Source of the DNA: Schmidtea nova
Lineage: Eukaryota
Assembly (NCBI GenBank): GCA_044892505.1
Contig: CM097883.1
Location: 31,186,001-31,250,000 of the forward strand
DNA length: 64,000 bases
Direction of reading: 5' to 3'
The notes under the pieces were generated by a model. It had not been told where the DNA came from. It made no database searches and saw only the letters and a program-made list of their open reading frames with translations. Below are positions 63,964 to 64,000 of the stretch, in pieces (positions within the stretch are counted from its first letter, which is position 1; every line of letters begins with the position of its first letter). The position numbers and the translations under genes are program-made.

Positions 63964-64000
<37 letters not shown>
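63595..64000. repeat. AT-only low-complexity and degenerate tandem repeats
   Basis: TTTTAATAATTTATT units, then AAAACTTAGAAAAATTTTTAAAATAATAAT units. Confidence 0.85.

Overview
A very AT-rich animal genomic window with five N gaps. Its 43-52 bp introns fit a flatworm such as a planarian, but the species is not determined. It is mostly nested transposon debris around one intact host gene, a 5-exon cathepsin L (40302-41495, minus strand). Mobile elements: two decayed Ty3/Gypsy elements, one intact autonomous hAT, several hAT MITEs with verified 8-bp TSDs, and MULE, Merlin, piggyBac and foldback-type remnants. There are also four separate Polinton/Maverick-type pieces. The standout is a 7,981-bp element (28178-36158) with AGTAG termini and an exact 6-bp TSD (AATGTA). 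It carries only a protein-primed PolB gene, apparently spliced. Its ~1.75-kb near-identical terminal inverted repeats include ~870 bp of the PolB 3' end, which resembles a copy-back/panhandle defective Polinton integrated in trans. Not in the ORF track: a pyruvate kinase pseudogene exon, a possible PIWI/Argonaute N-terminal fragment, three paralogous helical-domain exons, and a dense AP-1/CRE motif cluster at a second Polinton-type terminus.
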